This document shows, in pieces, positions 10,673 to 20,400 of a DNA stretch of 64,000 nt. A program made the position numbers and the translations under genes. The notes below the pieces were generated by a model that saw only the letters and a list, made by a program, of their open reading frames with translations, was not told where the DNA came from and made no database searches. This DNA is from Synechococcales cyanobacterium VAR_4_metabat_354. Its GTDB lineage: Bacteria > Cyanobacteriota > Cyanobacteriia > Cyanobacteriales > Chamaesiphonaceae. The DNA lies in contig JANOQI010000036.1 in assembly GCA_031414775.1 (NCBI GenBank), forward strand, positions 64,001 through 128,000, written 5' to 3'. Numbering within the stretch: the first letter of the stretch is position 1; each line of letters begins with the position of its first letter.

Positions 10673-11260
10673 ATGCAATCTCTAGAAACCAGACCACTGT
10701 TAGTAGATATCAGTCATATTACTCTGCGGCTCACACCCCAAGAGTTTGAGCAACTATGCCAAGATAACCCAGACCTACGACTAGAGCTAACAGCCAACGG
10801 AGAATTGATCACGATGGTACCTGTGGCGCTGGCAAGTTCAGAGATAAATGGAGATTTATTTGGGGCGGTTTGGGCATGGAATCGTCAAACCAAATCGGGA
10901 AGAGTTTTTGACTCGTCTGGCGGTTTTACCCTGCCAAATGGAGCAGTTAGATCACCAGATGTCACCTGGGTTGGGAAACCAAGAGCCGATGAGATTCCAT
11001 CTGGTATTACCTTTCCAGAGCTAGTCCCAGATTTTGTTATCGAACTACGATCTAAAAGCGATAGTCTGACAGCTCTACAAAAAAAAATGTTGGAGTATCA
11101 AGCTAATGGGGTGCGTTTGGGCTGGTTGATTAATCCTCAACAGCAGCAAGTAGAAGTTTATAGACTAGGGCAGCCAGTAGAAGTCTTGCAATCTCCTCAT
11201 AGTCTTGATGGAGAAGATGTTTTACCTGAATTCACGCTTGATCTCAGCTCGATTTTTTAG
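10673..11260 (+). CDS. Uma2 family endonuclease-like protein (paralog of 8894-9481)
   Basis: Same motifs; near-identical termini, diverged middle. Confidence 0.92.
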   Translation: MQSLETRPLLVDISHITLRLTPQEFEQLCQDNPDLRLELTANGELITMVPVALASSEINGDLFGAVWAWNRQTKSGRVFDSSGGFTLPNGAVRSPDVTWVGKPRADEIPSGITFPELVPDFVIELRSKSDSLTALQKKMLEYQANGVRLGWLINPQQQQVEVYRLGQPVEVLQSPHSLDGEDVLPEFTLDLSSIF

Positions 11261-11316
11261 CCAAGTATTTCAAACAAGTTGAGTTGGCCTTGATCGCCAA
11301 AGGCGCAAGCAAAGCT

Positions 11317-11366
11317 ATCGATCTTAGTTTCCCGATCGAGGATGTCTATCAATAAATTGTTTTCGA
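11317..11366 (+). pseudogene. 3' fragment of Uma2 gene
   Basis: 47/50 identical to 10017-10066; GAA->TAA stop. Confidence 0.85.
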
Positions 11367-11383
11367 GAATCAAACAAATCATT

Positions 11384-11992
11384 ATGCCATACAGTAGTTT
11401 TACGATTGCTCAAGTTAAGAGGCAATTCCAAATTGAAGTTATTACTGAGCCATTTTTTAGTGATGTACCGACACTTGCTCCTGGTGAATGGTTGGCTACT
11501 TTGCTATCAAAGTCAGCACCACTGGCGGTTACGTTAGGAACAGAGAAGGTACGATCGGAACTTATTATTGCTCCGCTGCTGTTTGAATTTCGAGAATTAC
11601 TCGATCGGCAGGTCAGTTTTTTTTCGGGCACAGATTTTAGCCTTGATGTGGAGTCAGGGCTGAATGGAGTTTGTGATTTTCTCTTGACTCGATCGACATC
11701 AGAAGTAAGTATTGAGGCTCCAGCAATTATTATTATTGAGGCTAAAAAGGGTGAGCTTAATGTGGGTTGGGGACAGTGTGCCGCCGAAATGATTGCTGCA
11801 CAAAGGTTTAACTTAGCGGCAGGAGAGGAAGTACCGAATATTTACGGTTGTGTCACGACCGGAACCATGTGGCAGTTTTTGAAACTTACTGGAACAGTTT
11901 TGACGATCGATGTTACTGAATATCCCCTTAACCCGATCGATCGTATTTTAGGTATTTTGAAGTGGATGGTGGATATGAATGAAGGATATTAA
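11384..11992 (+). CDS. Conserved cyanobacterial hypothetical protein, PD-(D/E)XK-like fold
   Basis: EKVRSELIIAPLL, GVCDFLL, IIEAKK, GQCAAEMIAAQ, YGCVTTG..WQFL. Confidence 0.8.
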   Translation: MPYSSFTIAQVKRQFQIEVITEPFFSDVPTLAPGEWLATLLSKSAPLAVTLGTEKVRSELIIAPLLFEFRELLDRQVSFFSGTDFSLDVESGLNGVCDFLLTRSTSEVSIEAPAIIIIEAKKGELNVGWGQCAAEMIAAQRFNLAAGEEVPNIYGCVTTGTMWQFLKLTGTVLTIDVTEYPLNPIDRILGILKWMVDMNEGY

Positions 11993-12038
11993 TTTTTGTT
12001 GAGAAATTAAACGCAAAATTTACAGAATATTGTGAGTT

Positions 12039-12064
12039 AAGCCCACTTTTATGGTGGGCTTTTT
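12039..12064 (+). terminator. Intrinsic terminator
   Basis: AAGCCCAC-ttttatg-GTGGGCTT followed by T tract. Confidence 0.75.
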
Positions 12065-12218
12065 GGTGAGCGCTGTTATTTGAATCTTGTTGGACAAAGA
12101 ATGGTTAAAGTGCCTAAGTCAATAAGTATCTAGGTATTTTTATCATGCGATATTTCAGTAATTCCACTATGAATTTACCTGATGTATTGGGCACTATGGT
12201 AGTAACCAGTATTTAGAA

Positions 12219-12254
12219 CTGTGCTTTTATTTCTATGAAGGTAGAGCTTTAAAT
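12219..12254 (+). promoter_or_regulatory. Conserved upstream element shared with 17306-17341
   Basis: 31/36 identity, ungapped; both precede large surface-protein genes. Confidence 0.6.
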
Positions 12255-12386
12255 AACTGTTGATAAAAACTCAACGTGATTTGCAAACTAGGTGAGATCG
12301 GGCTTTGGCCAGAGTACATCCAGGATCACTTTGGCCGTTCTGCGGTGCTAATAGTTAATCGTTCTAATGTATCATTCCCGATCGCC

Positions 12387-15300
12387 ATGAAATCCTTTCT
12401 GTCATCTTTACGCAAACTCGATTTTCCTGTGGAGATGCTCCGCGATCGAATAACTGCTACTAAGCAGTTTCAATTATTTACAACTTTATTATTAAGTGGT
12501 GCTATTATTGGCAGCTCGATCGGTCTAATAGCTGCTCCAGCCACTGCCGCCCCTGCCAGGAAAGATTGGTGCAGCACAATTTGGAGTGTAGATAATGCAG
12601 GCACTACCAGCAACGGAACCACTCGAATCGATCCGATTACTGGTGCAACCACCACAACCAGCCCAGCAACTGGCATCACCATGCCGCCATTTTTCCCTGG
12701 TACTGGTAGTGTCGCTGGGCTTGGTATCCATGCCGAATCTGGTACCTTATATGCCTTCGATCGCACCGGAACTACTGGCACACTCTATAAATATAAGCTT
12801 GGCACCGATACCACCTGGCAACCAGTCGCTGTTTCAGGATTGGCAGGGTTGAGCGCGATTCCATCCAAGAACCTTAACAAAGTAACAGTAGATGGTAATA
12901 CGCTCTATATTGCCGAATCGGCAGGGTTGGATGTTTACTCGATCCCATTAAATTCGAGTGGTGTTGTGATTGGAAACGCTACACTAACAGCATATACTTT
13001 CAGTGGCGATCCAATCGGCACACCGCCTCATACAACCGCTTCATTTCTTCACAACCTTGGCGGTACTGACACCACACCCACCGATCCCATCGGCTCAGCA
13101 ATCATGAACGGCGGTGATATCGCCATTGATGAGTACGGCGATGTTTACAACGTCACCTACAACGTGGTTTTGACTGCCTGGAATCTAATCGGTATTACCT
13201 GGACACCAACTACAGTTACCAACAAAGCTTACTTTTACAAGCAGAGTGGTACAACCTGGGTATATCAGGGAGAAACACCTGCAACATCGGCATTCGCTGG
13301 AGCCGCATTTTATAAAGGCGAACTATACGTCAAATCTACCACTCAGCTCAGAAAAGTTCCTTTGGTACGGTCTGGCAGCGGATATACAGGCTGGAATAGT
13401 ACATTAAGTAATGTTGGTGCAGCTTCAACAGGCTACTCCAGCGCAGATTTAGCTGCTTGCGGCACTCCCAATATCACAATGGCCAAGACTCAGCAGATTT
13501 ATGCTGATGCCGCGCTGACGACATTGGTAGCAGACCAAACCAAAGTCAAAACCGGGCAGTATATTAAATATACGATTACTGCTCAAAACACAGGTACTTC
13601 TTGGGCGAGGAGTACTACTGTCACAGATAGTTTACCAACTGGAACTACTTACGTGGCTAACTCTGCCAGTTTAAATGGCACAAGTTTAGGCTTCACAACA
13701 TATCCTACCAGTGGTTTTGTCATCAATGCCCCAGGAAGTGTTGCGGGTACTGTTCCCTACTCAACCGGAGTAGCCGGATCGGACACAGCCACCATGAGCT
13801 TCGCGGTGCAAGTAACAGCTACCAATGGGGCTGTCCAAAACCAAGCAACGGTTGCTTATGTCGATAACTCTGGTCTACCATCTGAACCGAGCGTTTGCAC
13901 GTCACCATTCCTAAACTGTTCTGTTACACCATCGGTAACAGCGACAGCGGTAGATTTTGGAGATGCCCCAGATGGGAGCGCAGGAACAGCAACTGGTAAC
14001 TACCGAACCACCGAATCTGACAATGGCGCAAGTCATGTGATTACCGCTGGCATAAAACTAGGTACCACTGCTCCAGATGCCGATAATGGTTTACAGCAAA
14101 ATGCGGCTGCTAATACTGATGGAGCTGATGAAGATGCTTTTACCAGCCTACCGAACGTGCCGACTACGGGTACTTACAGCTTGACCAATGTACCCGTCAC
14201 CAACACTACTGGTAGTGCTGCGACTCTTCATGCCTGGGTAGATTTCAATAATAATGGTAGTTTTGAAGCAGGTGAGTATGCTAGTGCTACTGTTGCCAAT
14301 AATGCTACAACTGCAAATCTGAGCTGGACAGTACCAGCCGGAACAGTAGCAGGTTCGACCTATGCCCGTTTCCGATTAACGACCCAAGCCTTAACAGACA
14401 ACAGCACGACAACGACAGCAGATGAGCGATCTTTTGGGGCTGCTAGTAATGGAGAAGTGGAAGATTATCAGGTATCGATCGTTGCCCCACTCATTACTCC
14501 TTTCAAAGATCGAATCAATAGCTGTGGCCTGATCACTTTTGATAGTAATAGCGAAGGCTTCAGGGCTGCAACCATTACTTTTAGTGGTACTAACTACAAT
14601 GCGTTCACTATCCCACCCCAATCCGCTCCATATCCCACTTCATTACCACGATTTAACTGGCAGTCTAGCGGAAATCCTGGGGGTAGCATCTTCACTAACG
14701 ATCTGGATGGTCAATGGACTATCTTTACTACTCCCGATCTTGGTACTGATACCAACTTCTCCTTTCTCAACAGCAAATCTTTGACGTTTGACTACAAAAA
14801 TGATACTGGTATTGGTGGTGCCTACGACTTCTGGGTGGCATTAGTTGGCAAGAACGGTAACAAAGTTTTCTACTCCTTCAAAACTCAACTCACTGGTGCT
14901 TCCACCACAGCATTCAGTAAGGTTGTTGTCCCGATGGATGCCAACAAATGGTTTACTACATTCCAAACGCCCACTTCGGCGGCTCCCACTTCGACTGTTT
15001 TTGCTGGCATTCTCAGCAATCTCGATCGGATTGATATCGGTGCAGAAGGGAGGGATGGGCCTGACTTAACTGAAATAGATAACATGGGGATGGCTTGCGA
15101 TCGTGGTGATGCTCCCAATACCTATAGTACGCTCGCTGCTGCAAATGGTCCATCCCATCAAATTATCTCAGCACTCAAGCTAGGAGCTAAAATCGATGCC
15201 GAAAATGATGGTCAACCCAATGCAACTGCAACTGGTGATAACCAAGACTTATCTGCAAGTAACCAGATTGGAGTTGTCAATGATGAAGATGGTATTACCG

Positions 15301-16229
15301 CCTTTCCAGCACTGACAGTAGGTGGGACTAGTTATTCTATTCCTGCTGCGAATATTACGGCTGTCAATACAACTGGTGGTGCGGCAACACTTCATGCCTG
15401 GATTGACTTTAATAAAAATGGTACCTTTGAGGCTACTGAGTATACCTCTACCACAATTAATACTAGTGGTGCTGCTACAGGGCCTTTAAGTTGGACTACG
15501 GGGTTCACCGTTGGCAGTTCTGGCTCAACATTTGCTCGCTTCCGTTTGACCACGGATACTAGCATCACCGCCAGCACTCCAGGGAGTTCAGCTACTAATG
15601 GTGAAGTGGAAGATTATCGGGTGTCGATCCTGAGCAAGGCCAATGTCCTTCTGGTAAAACGGATTACGGCTATTAATGGTATCAGGACTGGCTTAACTAG
15701 CTTTGTAGATGATGTGACGGCGACTCCTCAGGCTAGTAATGATAATAATTGTAATTGGCTAGGAGCTACTGGTAGTGCTGGCGCTTGTACAAATACTTAT
15801 ACGGTAGGAGCGACTAGTGCACCGAAAGTTAAACCTGATGATGAAATCGAGTACACAATTTATTATCTCAATGCTGGCGGCAACAAAGCTAAACAGGCAC
15901 GAGTTTGTGACCAGTTAGATGCAAACCTGACCTTCCAAGATGACACCCCAACAACAGCACCATTAGATATTCAACTTGTTCCAGGTAGTGGTTCGATTCA
16001 ATCTCTCACTAATGCCCCTAGTGATGATAAGGGAGAATTAACTACTGCTGCTCTCGCTGGAGCTAGTTGCAATTTAGCCGCTAATACTGGCACTAACTTA
16101 TCTAATAATGTTGTGGTAGTTGATGTTGCTTCCCCCACCGATCCAGCTAATCCACTAATGGGTTCTACAGGAGCCGGCACACCCACAACTTCCTACGGCT
16201 ACGTTCGCTTTAAAGCCACAGTAAAATAA
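12387..16229 (+). CDS. Large secreted surface protein 1: propeller-like N-domain, DUF11, two GEVED domains, laminin-B-like domain, shared C-terminal DUF11-like domain
   Basis: Signal peptide; DFGDAP...GEVEDY twice; KYTITAQNTG..VTDSLP..VQNQATV; C-terminal LLVKRITAING...YGYVRFKATVK; ATG 12387 preferred over GTG 12276. Confidence 0.85.
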   Translation: MKSFLSSLRKLDFPVEMLRDRITATKQFQLFTTLLLSGAIIGSSIGLIAAPATAAPARKDWCSTIWSVDNAGTTSNGTTRIDPITGATTTTSPATGITMPPFFPGTGSVAGLGIHAESGTLYAFDRTGTTGTLYKYKLGTDTTWQPVAVSGLAGLSAIPSKNLNKVTVDGNTLYIAESAGLDVYSIPLNSSGVVIGNATLTAYTFSGDPIGTPPHTTASFLHNLGGTDTTPTDPIGSAIMNGGDIAIDEYGDVYNVTYNVVLTAWNLIGITWTPTTVTNKAYFYKQSGTTWVYQGETPATSAFAGAAFYKGELYVKSTTQLRKVPLVRSGSGYTGWNSTLSNVGAASTGYSSADLAACGTPNITMAKTQQIYADAALTTLVADQTKVKTGQYIKYTITAQNTGTSWARSTTVTDSLPTGTTYVANSASLNGTSLGFTTYPTSGFVINAPGSVAGTVPYSTGVAGSDTATMSFAVQVTATNGAVQNQATVAYVDNSGLPSEPSVCTSPFLNCSVTPSVTATAVDFGDAPDGSAGTATGNYRTTESDNGASHVITAGIKLGTTAPDADNGLQQNAAANTDGADEDAFTSLPNVPTTGTYSLTNVPVTNTTGSAATLHAWVDFNNNGSFEAGEYASATVANNATTANLSWTVPAGTVAGSTYARFRLTTQALTDNSTTTTADERSFGAASNGEVEDYQVSIVAPLITPFKDRINSCGLITFDSNSEGFRAATITFSGTNYNAFTIPPQSAPYPTSLPRFNWQSSGNPGGSIFTNDLDGQWTIFTTPDLGTDTNFSFLNSKSLTFDYKNDTGIGGAYDFWVALVGKNGNKVFYSFKTQLTGASTTAFSKVVVPMDANKWFTTFQTPTSAAPTSTVFAGILSNLDRIDIGAEGRDGPDLTEIDNMGMACDRGDAPNTYSTLAAANGPSHQIISALKLGAKIDAENDGQPNATATGDNQDLSASNQIGVVNDEDGITAFPALTVGGTSYSIPAANITAVNTTGGAATLHAWIDFNKNGTFEATEYTSTTINTSGAATGPLSWTTGFTVGSSGSTFARFRLTTDTSITASTPGSSATNGEVEDYRVSILSKANVLLVKRITAINGIRTGLTSFVDDVTATPQASNDNNCNWLGATGSAGACTNTYTVGATSAPKVKPDDEIEYTIYYLNAGGNKAKQARVCDQLDANLTFQDDTPTTAPLDIQLVPGSGSIQSLTNAPSDDKGELTTAALAGASCNLAANTGTNLSNNVVVVDVASPTDPANPLMGSTGAGTPTTSYGYVRFKATVK

Positions 16230-16357
16230 TCGGTTTTGACTTAAAATATAAATACGACTCCAAATTAAAACTAGAGCCGTATTTTAAAACCAAATTATTA
16301 ACAATAGTCGTAACACATGTCATTCGCGCCACATTTACAGCACGCCAAAACTTTTGA

Positions 16358-16453
16358 GACGATCTAAACTTCGACCTATCAATTAACGAGCGCAAAACCC
16401 GCCGATTGAATCGTCGAGTTACTCGACTGGAACGTCAAGATTTCGATGATTAA
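16358..16453 (+). pseudogene. 3' remnant of a paralog of the 16477-16782 coiled-coil gene
   Basis: Translates DDLNFDLSINERKTRRLNRRVTRLERQDFDD* versus DDLNYELSDTARQTRLLKRRVVRLERKDKED*; in-frame TGA immediately upstream. Confidence 0.75.
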
Positions 16454-16476
16454 TCGAAATAGAATGCGGCAGATAT

Positions 16477-16782
16477 TCAATCTTCTTTGTCTTTGCGCTC
16501 TAGCCGAACAACTCGTCGTTTTAACAGCCGAGTCTGCCGTGCAGTATCGGACAGCTCATAATTGAGATCATCATTGTACGATATTAGAGATTGAAATCCT
16601 TCGCGAATAATAAGCTGCTGACTACCTTCAACACTGTCGATTCGGTGACGGAGAGCAATTACATCTTCTCTCAGCGCATCGATGTTTTGACTCATGGCGC
16701 CCATGTTTTGCTGCATGGTGCCAACAGCTTGAATAAGTTGAGCAAGCTGACCTTCAAGGCGATCGAAACGTTCTTCTGACAT
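16477..16782 (-). CDS. Small coiled-coil hypothetical protein
   Basis: 101-aa ORF, ERFDRLE and heptad pattern. Confidence 0.75.
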   Translation of the reverse strand: MSEERFDRLEGQLAQLIQAVGTMQQNMGAMSQNIDALREDVIALRHRIDSVEGSQQLIIREGFQSLISYNDDLNYELSDTARQTRLLKRRVVRLERKDKED

Positions 16783-16970
16783 AATAAGTAGGTGAATAGA
16801 TTATTTTACTTTGACAGATAACCTGCTAGCTCCAACTAGTGGGCTATCTCTATTTTATCTCGAAGTTAACACTTTTGATGTCATACGAGATCGTCAGCTT
16901 TTAGCTAAAATAGTACCAACCCATCACCTTAAGCGGCCATGGTTCAAACACCGATTAAGTCGATCGTGCC

Positions 16971-17077
16971 TATCCTGAATTATCGGGCTGGAGATACCGT
17001 TGAGTTGCTATCGATCAATCTTAGTTTCTCGATCGAAGATGTTTACCAAGAAATTATTTTTGAATCAACTAAGAAAA
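16971..17077 (+). pseudogene. 3' fragment of Uma2 gene
   Basis: About 12 mismatches in 107 bp versus 9974-10080 (ILNYRAGDTVELLSINLSFSIEDVYQEIIFES). Confidence 0.85.
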
Positions 17078-17137
17078 TGGATGTGTCCGATTTCAGGCCA
17101 AAGTGAAATAAAACTTGCTTTTTATACTCAGAACAAC

Positions 17138-17166
17138 AAGCTCCCCTTTACGCGGGAGCTTTTTTA
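17138..17166 (+). terminator. Intrinsic terminator
   Basis: AAGCTCCC...GGGAGCTT plus T tract. Confidence 0.75.
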
Positions 17167-17305
17167 TGATCGGGACAGCTTGGATGTTCAGTACATTTCG
17201 CTGCTTTGGTAATTCTCTAAGTACTTGTACCATCTACAAGTTCGGTAATTTTACGATAAATCTCTGGTGAGAAATGGGAAACATAAGAGGGTCTAGCATT
17301 TGGAT

Positions 17306-17341
17306 CTGTGCTTTTATTGCCATGGAAGTAGAGCCTTAAAT
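17306..17341 (+). promoter_or_regulatory. Conserved upstream element (second copy)
   Basis: 31/36 identity to 12219-12254. Confidence 0.6.
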
Positions 17342-17452
17342 TAGCTAGCAATAGAAGAATGATGTCTTCCAATACTTTGGGTGAAAAAACCTAATGCTGA
17401 AAAGAGTAACTCATTGGATTGCCTGTAAACACCCATAATATTCGTTCTAGTT

Positions 17453-20400
17453 ATGTCTAACATTCCTTCTTTAGCTTCCAGAAAAAAAACTCACTCCCCC
17501 AAAAGGAGCAAGCAACATTTTAATTCTTTAACTAGATCGATCGCTATTTTGGGTTTAATTGCAGTTAGCAATTCTCTGGGATTATCTCCAGTACTCGCAG
17601 CTCCCACGGCTCCTAATGTTTCGATTAATAACCAAGCTACAGGTACTTTTACCGATGGTGACGAGCCTGGTGCACCTCAAGAATCAGTTGTCTCAAACGT
17701 TGTTACTGTTACTGTTGCCGAGGTTGCCGGGATTACCATTACCGCTGACAATACCCCCGAGCCTTATCCCAATGCACTGATTAACTTTGACTTTGAGATT
17801 AAAAACATTGGTAACGATCCGACCAAGTTCTTTTTACCAACTGCTCCTTCTAGTGTGGCGGGTGGTACCGCAGGTACTTTACAGATTGTTGCTTATGTAG
17901 ATGCTAATAGTACTAAAACGCCTTTAACCACTCCGATTAATATCACGACCGCTAATGATACTGGAGCGATCGGCGATGGCACTTTAGGTGGTAATACTAT
18001 TGCTGGATCGATTCCAGCTGGTGCAGCGATTATTGTCCGGGTGCCAGTAACTGTCACAGCGGCGGTTAATGCTAATGTTAGCGTGACTCTCGGTAATACT
18101 ACTGGTTCACCGAATGCCAGTAATACGCCTTATATTGCTAACACCAATGATATTTATACAGTGGATAATGCTGATGCCGTTGCTGGAGAAGCAGCTGGTG
18201 TGCCAATTAATGGTGATGGTACAACAGGTGATGGTGATGTTACTAAACATCGTCAAGAAGCCAGTGCGATTAGTACTGTTCTGGTTCAAAATCCACCTCT
18301 TAAAATTTCTGGGACTGTTTTTGAAGATGTTAACTATGGGGGTGGTGCCGGGCGAGATTTGGTCAGTTCAGCTGGTGTTGCGAGACCGAATGTTCAAGTA
18401 GAAATTTATAACGCAAGTGGTGTTCTTAAGGGGCAAATGCTGACGGATACGAATGGTCAGTATGTATTTGATGCATCAAATGTTACAGGTGGATTAACAC
18501 AAGGCAATACCTATCAAATCCGAGTGGTTAATAGTTTTGTGACTTCTAGTAGACCTGGTGGTTGTGCTCAGGCAGCTGCCATTAATCTACCGCCAGATAC
18601 TTGTTTTCAGGTTCCTGTCCAAACTTTCCGCACGAGTGGAGATACGGATAGCAATAATATTGCGGATGCTGACCAAAATCGAGTGGGTGGTGAGGTACCA
18701 GCGAGAAAAGATGCTCCAGCAAATAGTGGTACTCAAAATTTAAGTGCTCTAAATAGTGCTGCGGGACAAGCCGTAGAGTCACTAACAACAGTAGCTCTAG
18801 GGTCTTTACCATTTACTGGGGTGGATTTTGGGTTTAACTTTGATACGATCGTCAATACTAACAATATTGGTCAAGGTTCATTGCGTCAATTCATCACCAA
18901 TAGTAACGCCCTGACAAATAGTGGATTAGATCAAGTTGTCAACCCTAACCCCGCAACAGGTACAACCGCTATCGATTCCGCACCAGGGATCGAAACATCA
19001 ATTTTTATGATTCCTAGCACCGCACTGACAGCCGGATCTGCAAATATCTCCCTGAGTAGCAAACTGACTGTCACTGACGATGATACTGCCATTGATGGAC
19101 GCACCCAAACCGCTAATATTGGTGATACAAACACAGGTACCGTCGGCGGTTCAGGTCAAGCAGTCGGGATTTCCGCCCAAGTACTGCCCAACTATCCCAA
19201 ACCAGAAGTCTCCCTCTCGATGACCAGTTCTGTGCTGGATGCGATCGAGATTCAGGGCAATGGTGACTCTGTTAGAGGCTTGAACTTCAGTACCAACATT
19301 CACAGTGGAATTATCGTGAGCGGGGGGTCAGCAGCCAAACCAACCCTGATTCAGAACAATATCATAGGGTTGAAGCCCGACGGGACAGCGGGTAGCGTCT
19401 GGCAAGGTATTACCGCAAATAATGGGATCGCTCCGACTAAATACCTGAATACACTGGATAATCTGATCTCTAATAACAGCTTTGCTGGTGCCAGTATTAG
19501 CTCTCCAGGACTGATTCAGGGCAATCACTTTTTCCGTAATGGCACGGGATCTTGTGATGATAATTTAAGCGTCGAACAGTCGAACCTCAACACCATTACG
19601 ATTAATAAAAACCTATTTGAAGAATCCGCCGCCAATGGCATTGAGGGCTATGGTATCCCTGGTGGGGTGACAATTACCGAAAATACCGTGCGTACTGCTG
19701 GACGGAATGGCACACTTTGTGATGGATCGATCGAAAATGATGGCATTCGCTTATTTGGTTCATCAAGCAAGATTACCAAGAATATTATCAACAGCAATGG
19801 TGGAGCTGGTGTTGTCATCACTGGATCTGGCGGGACAAAAAATCTCATTTCCCAAAATAGTTTCTACTTAAACGGGGGTCTGGGCATTGATATCGATGCC
19901 AAAAATCTCCCCGCCAGTCTCAATCCCACTGGTGATGGCGTAAGTCCAAACGATGGAACTAAGAATACTACGCCGAATAATGATATGGATTACCCGATTA
20001 TCACCTCTTCGGCTCTAAGTAGTGGCATACTAACTATCAAAGGATATGTCGGCAACGTAGCTACAGGCAGTCCGACCTTTGCCGGTGCCACGATCGAGTT
20101 CTTTGTGGGTGCCGCTGATACCAATGACAAAGGTAAAGTCTTTAGTACCGATCCAGTTACTGTTTCTAAACTCCATGCCGAAGGCCAAACGTATATTGGC
20201 GGTAGTACCCCTGGCAATTTGTGCATAACTGATGCTAATGGCTTATTTAACTGTTCTTTCCCCAATGCAAGTGCCATTGATGCTAAAAACATTACCGCCA
20301 CTGCTACCGATACAGCGGGCAACACCTCTGAATTTAGTGTTTCCAACATTGATCCGCGCGTTCTTTTAGTTAAACGAATTACGGCCATTAATGGCAGTAC

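Larger units (their letters stand above)
10241..11260 (+). repeat. Copy 2 of leader+Uma2 duplication
   Basis: Aligns to 8461-9481 with ~1780-bp offset. Confidence 0.95.

Noticed and set aside
16971..17077. DGR template/variable repeat pair with 9974-10080
   Set aside because: Mismatches are mixed transitions, not confined to adenines of one copy, and there is no reverse transcriptase in the window
17000..17212. 70-aa ORF
   Set aside because: Off-frame reading of the Uma2 remnant running through a terminator
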